Part shown: positions 19,210 through 28,907 of the stretch, piece by piece
How the letters are laid out: every line of letters begins with the position of its first letter
How positions within the stretch are numbered: position 1 is the first letter of the stretch
Assembly (NCBI GenBank): GCA_016700095.1
Contig: CP065002.1
Coordinates: 496,463-560,462, forward strand
Length of the DNA: 64,000 bases
Direction: 5' to 3'
Source: Candidatus Woesebacteria bacterium
Lineage (GTDB): Bacteria > Patescibacteriota > Microgenomatia > UBA8517
Notes under the pieces: generated by a model
Told to the model about the DNA's origin: nothing
The model's input: only the letters and a program-made list of their open reading frames with translations
The model's database searches: none
Made by a program: the position numbers and the translations under genes

Positions 19210-20259
19210 ATGCCCAAAAATAGATTCACCTTACTATTAGTAATATTTTGTTGCTTAACCGCATTTACCGGTTTTAGTTTTACATATATTGTCCTTAATA
19301 ATTACGTTGAAAAATCACCGACCGCCGTAAGTGATAATTTCAATCAACAGCAAAGTTCTAATCAACAACCGCTCCACACTATTGCGATACAATCACTGCG
19401 TGAACGTGTATACGAAAGCGACTTATCCGAGTTGGAAAAAATTTCACACGAGACAGATACGATTTCCTACTTAACAAGCTATGTGTCGGATGGCTTAAAA
19501 ATACATGGCTTGTTAGTCGTTCCCACCCAAGACATGCCGACTGAAGGCTGGCCGGCAATTGTATTTGTTCACGGGTATATTCCTCCAGATGACTACAAAA
19601 CAGAGACAAATTACACGTCATACGTTAAATACTTGGCGGGCAAAGGTTGCGTGGTTTTTAAAATTGATTTAAGAGGCCATGGTGAATCCGAAGGTAGTCC
19701 ATCCGGCGCTTATTATTCCGAAGGGTACGTAGTTGATACGCTAAATGCTTATAGCGCTCTTTCCAAAAGCAGGTTGGTTGATAAGACACGTGTTGGTTTA
19801 TGGGGTCATTCGATGGCGGGGAATATTGTATTTAGAAGCTTTGTTGTGAACAATGACATACCGAAAATCGTAATTTGGGCAGGGGCAGTGTACACATACC
19901 AGGACTTCGTGGATTATGGTATTTCCGACAATAGTTATCGGCCACCAACCGACAACAAACGTGCACTTGAGAGAAAAAAGTTATTTGATACGTATGGCGA
20001 ATTTAATAAAGACAGTGAATTTTGGAAAAGTATCGTCCCTACTAATTATCTATCAGGTGTTAGGGGTAGAGTACAACTACATCATGCCGTCAATGACAAC
20101 GTGGTGAGTATAAATTACACCAGGAACTTGGTTAAAATTCTTGACGCCAACAATATTAAATATGAGATTTATGAATATCCGTTTGGTGGGCACAATCTGG
20201 AGGGGTCGGTTTTCAACCAAGCCATGGACAGGACTGCTGAATTTCTAACAAGTGATTAG
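19210..20259 (+). CDS. alpha/beta-hydrolase (dienelactone hydrolase / S9 peptidase-like) with N-terminal membrane anchor
   Basis: Nucleophile elbow GHSMAGN (GxSxG) and a conserved His late in the sequence (PFGGHNLEG); N-terminal TM helix. Confidence 0.7.
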   Translation: MPKNRFTLLLVIFCCLTAFTGFSFTYIVLNNYVEKSPTAVSDNFNQQQSSNQQPLHTIAIQSLRERVYESDLSELEKISHETDTISYLTSYVSDGLKIHGLLVVPTQDMPTEGWPAIVFVHGYIPPDDYKTETNYTSYVKYLAGKGCVVFKIDLRGHGESEGSPSGAYYSEGYVVDTLNAYSALSKSRLVDKTRVGLWGHSMAGNIVFRSFVVNNDIPKIVIWAGAVYTYQDFVDYGISDNSYRPPTDNKRALERKKLFDTYGEFNKDSEFWKSIVPTNYLSGVRGRVQLHHAVNDNVVSINYTRNLVKILDANNIKYEIYEYPFGGHNLEGSVFNQAMDRTAEFLTSD

Positions 20260-21536
20260 AGCTCAAATTTTTCGTAAAAGATATTATTTTTAGGTGCTCC
20301 TAAATCGATAAGCATGTTTTTCATTTCTTTCATAAAACCGCTACTTCCGCAAATAAATATATTAGCCGATTTAACTAAGTTTCTATCCACGTATGTTAAA
20401 AATATATTTTTACTTAGTCTACCGCTTACTGCTTGTGGTCTACTTGTAGTTTGATTTGTGATTACCTCGATATAATTCTTGCCCAGTTTCCGTGTAAAAA
20501 GAGAACTAAAAAGCGCATCTTCATGTGTTTTGTTGGAATAAAACAGTGTTGTGTTTTTGTTGCCGTACTTTTTAACCAATTCGACAAATGGAGTTATGCC
20601 TATTCCACCGGCGAGGATAAGTTTGGGAGAATTATTTTGTCCTTCGAGGGTAAATACGCCGTATGGACCATCGACGTAAACGGTACAACCTTTTTCAAGT
20701 ATGTTTAATGAGTTGGTATATTTCCCAACTCTTTTTATGCCGAATTTCATATTACCAGTGGTATCGTCATATTCCATTATAGTAAAGGGATGAGATTCGC
20801 TAAATTTTCCTTTCCTGAGGTAAACAAATTGACCCGGTTTGGGTACGATTTGTTGACCAAGTGGCGTGAAAGTGAAGACAGTAATGTCACCTGTATGTTT
20901 GGTTATATCAATAAGTCGATATTTATATTTACCGATATTTAAAAACCGCAAAATTCGTGTTGCGAGTGTTAGCGAAAATATTACAACAAGAAACCACCAA
21001 TAATATTTAATAAAACTTATTTGTGCGATAAACGACCCGGCAAGCGTTGCATGAACAAAAACCAAGATCATCATCGGGTAAGCAAGATAATGAATATAAA
21101 GCCAAGGGCGGTATTTAATCTTTTTTCGCAAAATTACACTTGAAACTATAAGTATTAAAAATAAATAAAAAGCCATTCGACCAAAAGCTACGTTAACTAG
21201 AAATTGCGTGCCAAGTCTGGGAATAAAAACAAAATCAAAACCATATGCAAATTTATAAGCTTGAAGAAACGGATGGATGAATACAAAAAATAAACCGTAT
21301 TTGCCCAACAGTTGGTGCAACCTGTTTAATGAAATGAAGTCGGGTGTAAACTTCCGAAATACACGTCTGTTGCCAAGAAGGAGTTGCCAAAGTAAAAGTG
21401 TTGCGCCAATTAATCCTGAAATGTTGGCAAAATCATACAAGAAGTTATCCGGTGAGAAATTTTCAAAAAGGAACAAAAACGGGGTAATTGAAATAATTAT
21501 TGAAAAACCAATAAGTAGAGCGATATTTTTTCCCAT
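20256..21536 (-). CDS. ferric-reductase/NOX-like transmembrane flavocytochrome (FRD TM domain + FAD-binding + NAD(P)-binding)
   Basis: N-terminal 6-TM region with paired His residues (IHPFLQ..., YIHYLAYPMMILVFVHATLAG), FAD motif HPFTIME, NAD(P) motif GGIGITPF and C-terminal CGSSGF. Confidence 0.75.
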   Translation of the reverse strand: MGKNIALLIGFSIIISITPFLFLFENFSPDNFLYDFANISGLIGATLLLWQLLLGNRRVFRKFTPDFISLNRLHQLLGKYGLFFVFIHPFLQAYKFAYGFDFVFIPRLGTQFLVNVAFGRMAFYLFLILIVSSVILRKKIKYRPWLYIHYLAYPMMILVFVHATLAGSFIAQISFIKYYWWFLVVIFSLTLATRILRFLNIGKYKYRLIDITKHTGDITVFTFTPLGQQIVPKPGQFVYLRKGKFSESHPFTIMEYDDTTGNMKFGIKRVGKYTNSLNILEKGCTVYVDGPYGVFTLEGQNNSPKLILAGGIGITPFVELVKKYGNKNTTLFYSNKTHEDALFSSLFTRKLGKNYIEVITNQTTSRPQAVSGRLSKNIFLTYVDRNLVKSANIFICGSSGFMKEMKNMLIDLGAPKNNIFYEKFEL

Positions 21537-21645
21537 TTCATAATGTTACAAGAATCAGGCAAACATTTCTACCCGGTTATAATAAACGTGTTTGCGCATT
21601 GGGTGTTAAATGTATTTCTGTTAAAATGTGAGATCGTCGATATTT

Positions 21646-23070
21646 ATGCTTTATAAAAAAACAAAAATAATTGCAACACTAGGCCCTTCTTCACAGGACA
21701 GAGAAATTATAAGAGATTTAATTGTAAATGGCGTAGACATATTTCGTTTTAATATGAAACATGCAGATATTAAGTGGCATGAAGATGCGATTGGTATAGT
21801 ACAAGAAGTTGCCGATGACTTAAAGACTTTAGTCGGAATAATGATCGACTTGCAAGGACCCGAATTAAGAATAAAAGTTATTAACGATATTGAAGCAAAT
21901 ATCGGTGACGAAATTGAATTTGTTTTGGATCCCGGAAGTACTTGTGATGTGATCGGGGTGAAAAATAAAGCCTTTTTTGATGGAATGATTGAAGGTGATG
22001 AATTTTCAATTGATGATGGATCGGTGGGCTTTATCGTGACAAAAACCTCATCAAATTCTTTTTTCGCTAAAGCCAAAGATTGGGGAGTGATAAAAAATAA
22101 TAAAGGTTTGAATTTAGTAGGGAAAAACTTAGATGTTCCTTCACTTGTAGATGATGACATAGCCAAATTACACTTAGTGACCAAGAAAAAGGTTGATTTT
22201 GTCGCACTTTCGTTTGTTCGTAGTAAAAAAGATATAACGCATCTAAGAAAAGTTATGGGAAAAATGCAGATTGATGCGGGGATTGTTTCCAAGGTTGAAA
22301 GTAAAATGGGACTGGATAATATCGATGAGATTATCGAAGAATCAGATGCCGTTATGGTGGCAAGAGGAGATTTGGGGATAGAGGTACCGTTCGAACAACT
22401 TGCATACTATCAAAAAGACATTATTAAAAGATGCAGAATTGCTAAAACTCCGGTAATTGTTGCGACTCAAATGCTTGAAACCATGATGACTAAACCTGTA
22501 CCTAGTCGTGCCGAGGCAACCGATGTGGCCAATGCAATATTTGATGGTACGGATGCAATTATGCTTTCGGGGGAATCTGCGATGGGTAAATTTCCGGTTA
22601 GGGCAGTAAAAGCCATGGCGAATATCGCTAAGTTTAACGAGCAAGTTGCGAAAATTTCCGACGTGGAAATGGACATGAGCAACGATGCGCAGTTGATAAT
22701 TAATGCTGCCGGATCGTTGGCAAATGTAAGCACATCGTTGAAAAATAATCAGTTCAAAATTGACTATATTGTTGCGGTTACGGAAAGCGGGTCAACCGCT
22801 CGGTCGATTGCAAGTTACAGACCATATGCGCCGATTATTGCTCTTACACCTCACGAGAAAACTGCGGAAAAACTAAAAATGTCGTATGGTGTAATTCCCG
22901 TAGTAATTGATTTTCCTCTCAAAGGCGAATTGATTCATCCGTATGAAATACTTTCTCAATTAAAAGACAATCAGTTTGTAAAAAAAGATCAGCTTATATT
23001 AGTGATTTATGGTCAACAAAAAGACGTACCTGGAAAAACAAATTCGATAGTGTTGCTTCGCGTTGTTTAA
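21646..23070 (+). CDS. pyk: pyruvate kinase
   Basis: N-terminal TKIIATLGPSS, and MVARGDLGIE and TQMLESM-like (ATQMLETMM) signatures; start taken at MLYKKTKIIATLGP (21646). Confidence 0.9.
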   Translation: MLYKKTKIIATLGPSSQDREIIRDLIVNGVDIFRFNMKHADIKWHEDAIGIVQEVADDLKTLVGIMIDLQGPELRIKVINDIEANIGDEIEFVLDPGSTCDVIGVKNKAFFDGMIEGDEFSIDDGSVGFIVTKTSSNSFFAKAKDWGVIKNNKGLNLVGKNLDVPSLVDDDIAKLHLVTKKKVDFVALSFVRSKKDITHLRKVMGKMQIDAGIVSKVESKMGLDNIDEIIEESDAVMVARGDLGIEVPFEQLAYYQKDIIKRCRIAKTPVIVATQMLETMMTKPVPSRAEATDVANAIFDGTDAIMLSGESAMGKFPVRAVKAMANIAKFNEQVAKISDVEMDMSNDAQLIINAAGSLANVSTSLKNNQFKIDYIVAVTESGSTARSIASYRPYAPIIALTPHEKTAEKLKMSYGVIPVVIDFPLKGELIHPYEILSQLKDNQFVKKDQLILVIYGQQKDVPGKTNSIVLLRVV

Positions 23071-23087
23071 AACGGAAAAAGAATGTA

Positions 23088-23780
23088 TTAGTCAAAATTA
23101 AACATTTTTATAACTTTGGGAACTTGGGGTTTAAACTCCTTTTGCGAAGTAATTCTTAACGTTGAAAAGCCTCTATAAAGTTGATACCCGATATATCCGG
23201 GATGAACCAGATTAAAGGGGATAAGGAAATTACCAAGAAATTTTTCCCACTCGCTTTGACTTAACAATTTATCCAAGCAATAGTAATGTTGGTGCCTGCC
23301 GGAATTAAGGAGCACACCCTTATTATTGGGATAGATATATGCAATCGCTTTACATATTTCTTTTTCACCAAAACCATTTTCGGTATGGAAATTCATCATC
23401 GGTATGTGTAAGTAAGTACGACGTATTTTAACTCGTGATGACAACGATACAACTTCATTGCTTTTTAAGGTAAACCTCTCCTTGAAATCGGATAACTCGA
23501 GACTAAGGTATTCTAAAGAGGAAATACTATGTGATTGTATTTCCACCCTTGCATCAGTATATGCCGCAAGCATATTTTCTCGCATACTTTTGTTAGTAAA
23601 TCTTTGGCTCCAGTTTGATCCCACTTTGTGAACAATTAAAGTTACCTTCTTGATCTGATGACTTATTAAAAGATGTTTAATTACATCGTGGGAATTTTCC
23701 ATAAATAATATGATACACCAGGTCTTGACATAAATAGTCAATAAAACTAAAATACCAATCAAAGCGTTTGAGTTTGGCAA
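23088..23780 (-). CDS. hypothetical protein (230 aa)
   Basis: Long ORF between pyk and the aspS leader; no recognisable domain. Confidence 0.4.
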   Translation of the reverse strand: MPNSNALIGILVLLTIYVKTWCIILFMENSHDVIKHLLISHQIKKVTLIVHKVGSNWSQRFTNKSMRENMLAAYTDARVEIQSHSISSLEYLSLELSDFKERFTLKSNEVVSLSSRVKIRRTYLHIPMMNFHTENGFGEKEICKAIAYIYPNNKGVLLNSGRHQHYYCLDKLLSQSEWEKFLGNFLIPFNLVHPGYIGYQLYRGFSTLRITSQKEFKPQVPKVIKMFNFD

Positions 23781-23916
23781 ACACCAAACAAGCTGGAGGA
23801 AGAAAGCGTAACTGTTAGTAGACCCTCCCGTCAGGTTAGCGTTAAACCTACTAAATTAAGAAATAAATTAGGGTGGCACCGCGAGGCAACTCGCCCCTTT
23901 AAAGGGCGGGTTTTTT
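23781..23916 (+). promoter_or_regulatory. T-box riboswitch leader (Asp-type) controlling aspS
   Basis: Near-perfect T-box consensus aattagggtggcaccgcg at about 23866-23883, with UGGC as expected for a G73 discriminator as in tRNA-Asp. It is immediately followed by the terminator cgccc-ctttaaa-gggcg + TTTTTTG (23892-23916). Upstream stem ggagg...cctcc contains GAC. It lies directly 5' of aspS. Confidence 0.8.
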
Positions 23917-23997
23917 GTTTTATAAAGCGTCTTGTTTTTATAAACCAAAGATTCAGAAGAAAATAATATTTCGTTAATGTTAAAGCCAAAATAAAAA

Positions 23998-25395
23998 ATG
24001 GACAGAACTCTTACAACACACACTATCAAGAAAATCGGCGAGAAAGTATTACTCAAAGGTTGGGTGGATACAATTCGCGATCACGGAAAAATTACCTTCA
24101 TTGATTTAAGAGACAGAAAAGGTCTCATTCAATGTGTCGGCTCTTCGCTAACCAAGGTTACGCCGGAAAGCGTAGTTGAAGTGGAAGGAACGGTAGCCAA
24201 AAGACCTGAGAAATTAATTAATAAGGATTTAGAAACAGGTGAAGTCGAAATACAGATTGAAAAACTTACCGTTATTTCAATGTCTGAGGAATTACCGATT
24301 CCTATAAATACGGACGGATATGACATTGATGAAAAAATAAGAAATAAGTATCGATATTTGGATTTGCGCAGGAAAAGAATGGCAAGAAATATCAGACTAA
24401 GATCGGAGATTACGACTTTTATTCGTGGTGAACTGACACAAAATTACGATTTTGTAGAGATTGAAACGCCCATTCTTACCAAAACGACACCGGAGGGTGC
24501 ACGAGATTTTATTGTTCCGTCACGGCTTCAACCGGGTAATTTTTACGCTCTCCCGCAGTCTCCTCAGCAATACAAACAGCTGTTGATGGTCGCGGGTATG
24601 GAAAGATATTTCCAATTTGCTAGATGTTTTCGAGACGAGGACCCCAGAGCCGATAGGGCGTATGGTGAATTTACTCAACTTGATATGGAAATGAGTTTCG
24701 TCACCCAGAATGATATTTTAGTATTAATCGAACAATTGTTTACCAAAGTTGTTGAAAAGTTTTTCCCCGAGAAAAAAATACAACAGTCACCATGGCCGAG
24801 AATTGCCCACAAAGAAACGATCAAAAAGTACGGCACTGACAAACCGGATTTGAGAAAAGACAAAAATGACCCCAACGAATTAGCGTTTGCATGGACTGTC
24901 GATTTTCCACTTTTTACCGAGCAATCCGACGACGACTTTTATCACGGTTCCGGATCGGCGAAGTTTGCACCAAGTCATCACATGTTTACAGCACCGCATC
25001 CAGATGACATTCCGCTACTTAATACCGATCCCACTAAGGTGCGCGGTTTGCAACACGACATGGTGCTTAACGGTTATGAGGTTGGCGGAGGAAGCATAAG
25101 AATTCACCAGCCCGAAGTGCAATCAAAAGTCTTTGACTTGATAGGATTCAGTGAAAAACAAAAAAAGCAGTTTGACCATATGCTTACCGCGTTTAAATAT
25201 GGCGTACCGCCACATGGAGGAGTAGCGCCGGGACTTGATCGGATTATCATGGTAATTCTGGGTGAACCAAGCGTAAGGGAAGTGATGGCATATCCCACAT
25301 CCGCTTCGGGTCAAATTGCAGTTCTTGATGCTCCGAGTGAAGCCTCAAGCGACCAACTGAAAGAACTGGGAATAGCAGTTAGTATCAAAAAGTAG
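23998..25395 (+). CDS. aspS: aspartyl-tRNA synthetase, short archaeal/eukaryal-type (no GAD insertion), probably non-discriminating
   Basis: Class IIb: N-terminal OB fold, motif 2 FRDEDPRADR, motif 3 GGVAPGLDRIIMVILG; 465 aa. Confidence 0.9.
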   Translation: MDRTLTTHTIKKIGEKVLLKGWVDTIRDHGKITFIDLRDRKGLIQCVGSSLTKVTPESVVEVEGTVAKRPEKLINKDLETGEVEIQIEKLTVISMSEELPIPINTDGYDIDEKIRNKYRYLDLRRKRMARNIRLRSEITTFIRGELTQNYDFVEIETPILTKTTPEGARDFIVPSRLQPGNFYALPQSPQQYKQLLMVAGMERYFQFARCFRDEDPRADRAYGEFTQLDMEMSFVTQNDILVLIEQLFTKVVEKFFPEKKIQQSPWPRIAHKETIKKYGTDKPDLRKDKNDPNELAFAWTVDFPLFTEQSDDDFYHGSGSAKFAPSHHMFTAPHPDDIPLLNTDPTKVRGLQHDMVLNGYEVGGGSIRIHQPEVQSKVFDLIGFSEKQKKQFDHMLTAFKYGVPPHGGVAPGLDRIIMVILGEPSVREVMAYPTSASGQIAVLDAPSEASSDQLKELGIAVSIKK

Positions 25396-25489
25396 GTTTG
25401 TGTTTATTCTTCATTATTTGTGGCACAAACTGTCTTTACTTTCTCGGGAACATAACGAATATAACTATACATATTAAATATTTTAAAAT

Positions 25490-25942
25490 ATGACTAACGA
25501 TTACGACCCCAACTATATCCCGGTCAAAAACTTCATGATTGTTGGGTCAAAAGTGGTTTTATCTAATTCAGACGGAAAAATACTGTTACTCAAAAGATCA
25601 GACAAAGTAAACATGGCGGGATATTGGTCTTTTCCGGGTGGAGCACTAGAAAAGAACGAAGATATTTATACCAGCGCAAAAAGAGAAGTGATGGAAGAGA
25701 CAAAATCTCGCATTGATAACTTGTTTCCATTTGCGATATATACACACCTAGATGGCGACAATTCCGCAGTTGTAGCGGGTTTTATGTCGCAAGATAGTGT
25801 AGACAGTATTGACCTAAATTGGGAACACGATGACTATGTATGGGTAAAACCCGACAAGGCTCTTGACTACAAATTAACTCCACATTGTAAGTATTTTGTA
25901 AATAAATACTTGGAACTCACCAAAGACTTTCCTTGGAAATAA
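25490..25942 (+). CDS. NUDIX hydrolase
   Basis: Nudix box GGALEKNEDIYTSAKREVMEETK (Gx5Ex7REUxEExGU). Confidence 0.85.
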   Translation: MTNDYDPNYIPVKNFMIVGSKVVLSNSDGKILLLKRSDKVNMAGYWSFPGGALEKNEDIYTSAKREVMEETKSRIDNLFPFAIYTHLDGDNSAVVAGFMSQDSVDSIDLNWEHDDYVWVKPDKALDYKLTPHCKYFVNKYLELTKDFPWK

Positions 25943-25949
25943 TCACCAC

Positions 25950-26414
25950 TTGACTATATGCACCTTGGTTGCATATAATACTAATATGGACGTTGATCAG
26001 GTTTATGACTTATTGAAAATTAAAGAAAGAAAACTTACAAAAACGCGCAAAGCGATGATTGGTATGTTTTTTACTAATCACACTTTGTTAAGCGCTCCGG
26101 AAATTATAAAACTTCTTAAAAAACAAAATATAAACGTCAACAAAACTACGGTTTATCGTGAACTCGCATTTTTGCTTGATTACGGAATTATCAAGGAAAT
26201 TATTCTTAAGTCTAACATGACTTTTTACGAACAGGCTTTTTTACCACATCATCATCATATGGTTTGTTCATCGTGTGGAGCTACGGATGAGTTTAAATCC
26301 GACGAATTGGCTGAAACATTAAAGAAAATTGAAGCCGGAATTGAAAAGAAGGGATTTAAGGTTAGTGAGCACTCGTTGGAATTTTATGGTCTGTGTACGA
26401 AATGTCATTCATGA
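25950..26414 (+). CDS. zur: Fur-family metal-responsive repressor, probably Zur
   Basis: HHHHMVCSSCG ... CTKCH metal sites and an N-terminal winged-helix region; directly upstream of znuACB. Start may be at 25986. Confidence 0.8.
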   Translation: MTICTLVAYNTNMDVDQVYDLLKIKERKLTKTRKAMIGMFFTNHTLLSAPEIIKLLKKQNINVNKTTVYRELAFLLDYGIIKEIILKSNMTFYEQAFLPHHHHMVCSSCGATDEFKSDELAETLKKIEAGIEKKGFKVSEHSLEFYGLCTKCHS

Positions 26415-27361
26415 AAAAGATTCATTATTTAATTTTAGTGTTAGTCGTAATAGTCGTTGCAGCGGTTATGGTAATTAGTAGCAAACAGGCAAAAAACAAT
26501 GATACCAATAAAGTTGCCGCGACGATATTTCCTATCTATGATATTGCCCGAAATATTGCCGGTGATTACATTGACATTGTCGTAATTTTACCTAGCGGAG
26601 CAAGTCCACATACTTTTGATTTAACACCCAAACAAGCTAAGGAGTTGTCAAAAAGCAGAGCCGTTTTTGCAGTTGGTCAAGGTTTAGATGGATGGGTTAG
26701 TAATCTTGCCGACAATGAAACGAAAATAATTACGCTTGATAAAAATATTACTTTGCGCGAGTTCGATGAAACCGAACATGAAGCAGGTCATGAAGATGAA
26801 CATGAAGAAGAGTTTGATAATCACGATAGTGAAGAAGGTGGTCATCATCACGAAGGGGTCGATCCGCATTATTGGCTCAGTGTAAGAAATGCGACAATGA
26901 TTGCCGAACAAATAAAGACTGAGTTGTCGCTACTTTATCCTCAGCACACGAGTCATTTTCAGGAAAATTATGACTTATATTCTGAAAAATTACATGATCT
27001 TGACCGAGAAATCGAAAGTTCATTATCGCAGGTATCCTCGAGAAATATAGCTACATTTCACAATGCTTGGGGATATTATGCCAACGATTACAATTTAAAT
27101 ATCGTTGCCACTTTTGAAGAATTTCCCGGAGAAGAACCGACGATTCAGTATTTGACCGAGTTTCAGGAAAAGGTAGAACATAACGCCATCACTGCGATAT
27201 TTTCCGAACCTCAGTTTTCTACCAAAATGCTTGATGCTATTGCCAATGATTTGAATGTTAAAATATCTACACTTGATCCTATTGGAGGTGTAGAAAAGCG
27301 TGATACGTACATCAATTTAATGCGCTATAATACAGATCAGGTTATAGCGACATTACAATGA
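26393..27361 (+). CDS. znuA: zinc/manganese ABC transporter substrate-binding protein with His/acidic-rich loop (ZnuA-like)
   Basis: TroA-like cluster-9 SBP; His/Asp/Glu-rich insert HEAGHEDEHEEEFDNHDSEEGGHHHEG typical of ZnuA; N-terminal anchor. Confidence 0.85.
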   Translation: MYEMSFMKKIHYLILVLVVIVVAAVMVISSKQAKNNDTNKVAATIFPIYDIARNIAGDYIDIVVILPSGASPHTFDLTPKQAKELSKSRAVFAVGQGLDGWVSNLADNETKIITLDKNITLREFDETEHEAGHEDEHEEEFDNHDSEEGGHHHEGVDPHYWLSVRNATMIAEQIKTELSLLYPQHTSHFQENYDLYSEKLHDLDREIESSLSQVSSRNIATFHNAWGYYANDYNLNIVATFEEFPGEEPTIQYLTEFQEKVEHNAITAIFSEPQFSTKMLDAIANDLNVKISTLDPIGGVEKRDTYINLMRYNTDQVIATLQ

Positions 27362-28101
27362 CAGCTCTCCAAATCGACAATCTAACAGTAAAATATCCCG
27401 GATACGCTTATCATGCGGTTGAAAACGTAAGTTTTCAAGTAGAGGAAAACACGATTAATGCTTTGATCGGACCTAACGGCTCCGGTAAATCAACCGTGAT
27501 AAAAGCTATCCTTGGATTATTGGAATATGAGGGAACAATACAAGTTTTTGGTAAAAATGTTAATGAAGTTTACTCAAACATCGGTTTTGTACCGCAGAGA
27601 TTTACTTTTGATCCAACATTTCCAATAACGGTTGGTGAATTTGTTGCCTTTTCTTTGATGTCTTTGAAGAAAAATGTAATTAAAGAAAAGATTAAAAAAA
27701 CCCTAGAGCGTGTGGATGCCTACCAACTTATTACTCAAAAACTCTCGTCTTTATCGGGAGGCCAATTGCAGCGAGTATTATTGGCCAGGGCGTTAATTAA
27801 CGACCCCAAGCTGCTTATTTTAGATGAACCCGAAGCAGGTGTGGATGTGGGCGGAGAGCAAACATTTTACGATCTTATCGAATCTTTGGTTAAAAAACAA
27901 AAAGTAACTGCACTTATCGCAAGCCATGAGTTGGATGTTGTATTTACGTACGCGAGTCAAGTAATTTGTTTAAACAAAACTTTACTTTGTTCGGGTAAGC
28001 CACAAGAAGTATTGGATCGAGAAACTTTTGAAAATCTGTACGGCCGCGATTTGAAATTTTACGGTCATAGACACGTCAACCATAATCACAAACACATATG
28101 A
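27358..28101 (+). CDS. znuC: metal ABC transporter ATP-binding protein
   Basis: Walker A GPNGSGKST, ABC signature LSGGQLQRV and Walker B LLILDEP; ATGA overlap with znuA. Confidence 0.9.
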   Translation: MTALQIDNLTVKYPGYAYHAVENVSFQVEENTINALIGPNGSGKSTVIKAILGLLEYEGTIQVFGKNVNEVYSNIGFVPQRFTFDPTFPITVGEFVAFSLMSLKKNVIKEKIKKTLERVDAYQLITQKLSSLSGGQLQRVLLARALINDPKLLILDEPEAGVDVGGEQTFYDLIESLVKKQKVTALIASHELDVVFTYASQVICLNKTLLCSGKPQEVLDRETFENLYGRDLKFYGHRHVNHNHKHI

Positions 28102-28907
28102 TCGAGCAATTTACAGAGTTTTTTACTTATCCATTTGTTTACCGAGCATTACTTGGTGGAGTATTGGTTGCTGCGCTAACCAGTTGGATGGGAGTACTTG
28201 TAATACTTAGACAATCGTCTTTTTTTGGCGACGCGATTGCTCATTCGTCGTTAATGGGTGTTGCGGTGGGACTTTTACTTGGTATTAACCCGATTATTGC
28301 AGCAGCAATTTATGCTGTCATTGTTGCATTTGGCCTACCTTATCTGAAAAAACATAGTGACTTACCGATCGACTCGCTTTTGGGTTTCATCCTTCCTTTT
28401 TCGATGGGGGTTGGGGTAATATTGCTCGCTCTTCTACCTGGCTATCAACCCGAATTGGTGAGTTTTCTTTTTGGAAGTATTTTAGCGATTTCATGGAATG
28501 ATGTATTCATAGTTTTAGTCATTGTGTTGGTGTCATTTATTACCATGCTTATATTAAAACAAAAAATGGTCTTTGCTTCTTTTGATTCCGAGTACGCCAA
28601 GATAACGGGAATCCAAGTTACGAAAATTGATGTAATTTACAATGTTTTACTTGCAGTTACAATCGTTGCGGGTATTAGGCTTGTGGGGATTGTTTTAGTA
28701 AATGCACTGCTTGTTATCCCGGCAAGTACGGTTCGGTTGTACGCCAAATCTCTCAATCAAATGTTTGTTTTTACGCCTATCGTTTCCGTCTTGTCTACTT
28801 TTTTAGGAATATATTTGTCATTTGTTTTTGATGTGCCCACTGGTCCTGCAATTGCAACCGTGTCGGGATTAATATTTCTAGTAGCTGTTGTTACTCATAA
28901 GTTATGA
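28098..28907 (+). CDS. znuB: metal ABC transporter permease
   Basis: 8-TM ABC-3 family permease; ATGA overlap with znuC. Confidence 0.85.
   Translation: MIEQFTEFFTYPFVYRALLGGVLVAALTSWMGVLVILRQSSFFGDAIAHSSLMGVAVGLLLGINPIIAAAIYAVIVAFGLPYLKKHSDLPIDSLLGFILPFSMGVGVILLALLPGYQPELVSFLFGSILAISWNDVFIVLVIVLVSFITMLILKQKMVFASFDSEYAKITGIQVTKIDVIYNVLLAVTIVAGIRLVGIVLVNALLVIPASTVRLYAKSLNQMFVFTPIVSVLSTFLGIYLSFVFDVPTGPAIATVSGLIFLVAVVTHKL

Noticed and set aside
23790-23835. ggaggaagaaagcg...cccgtcagg briefly looked SRP-RNA-like
   Set aside because: The order of the GGAAG and GUCAGG elements is wrong for SRP RNA on either strand. The segment is better explained as stem I of the T-box leader.
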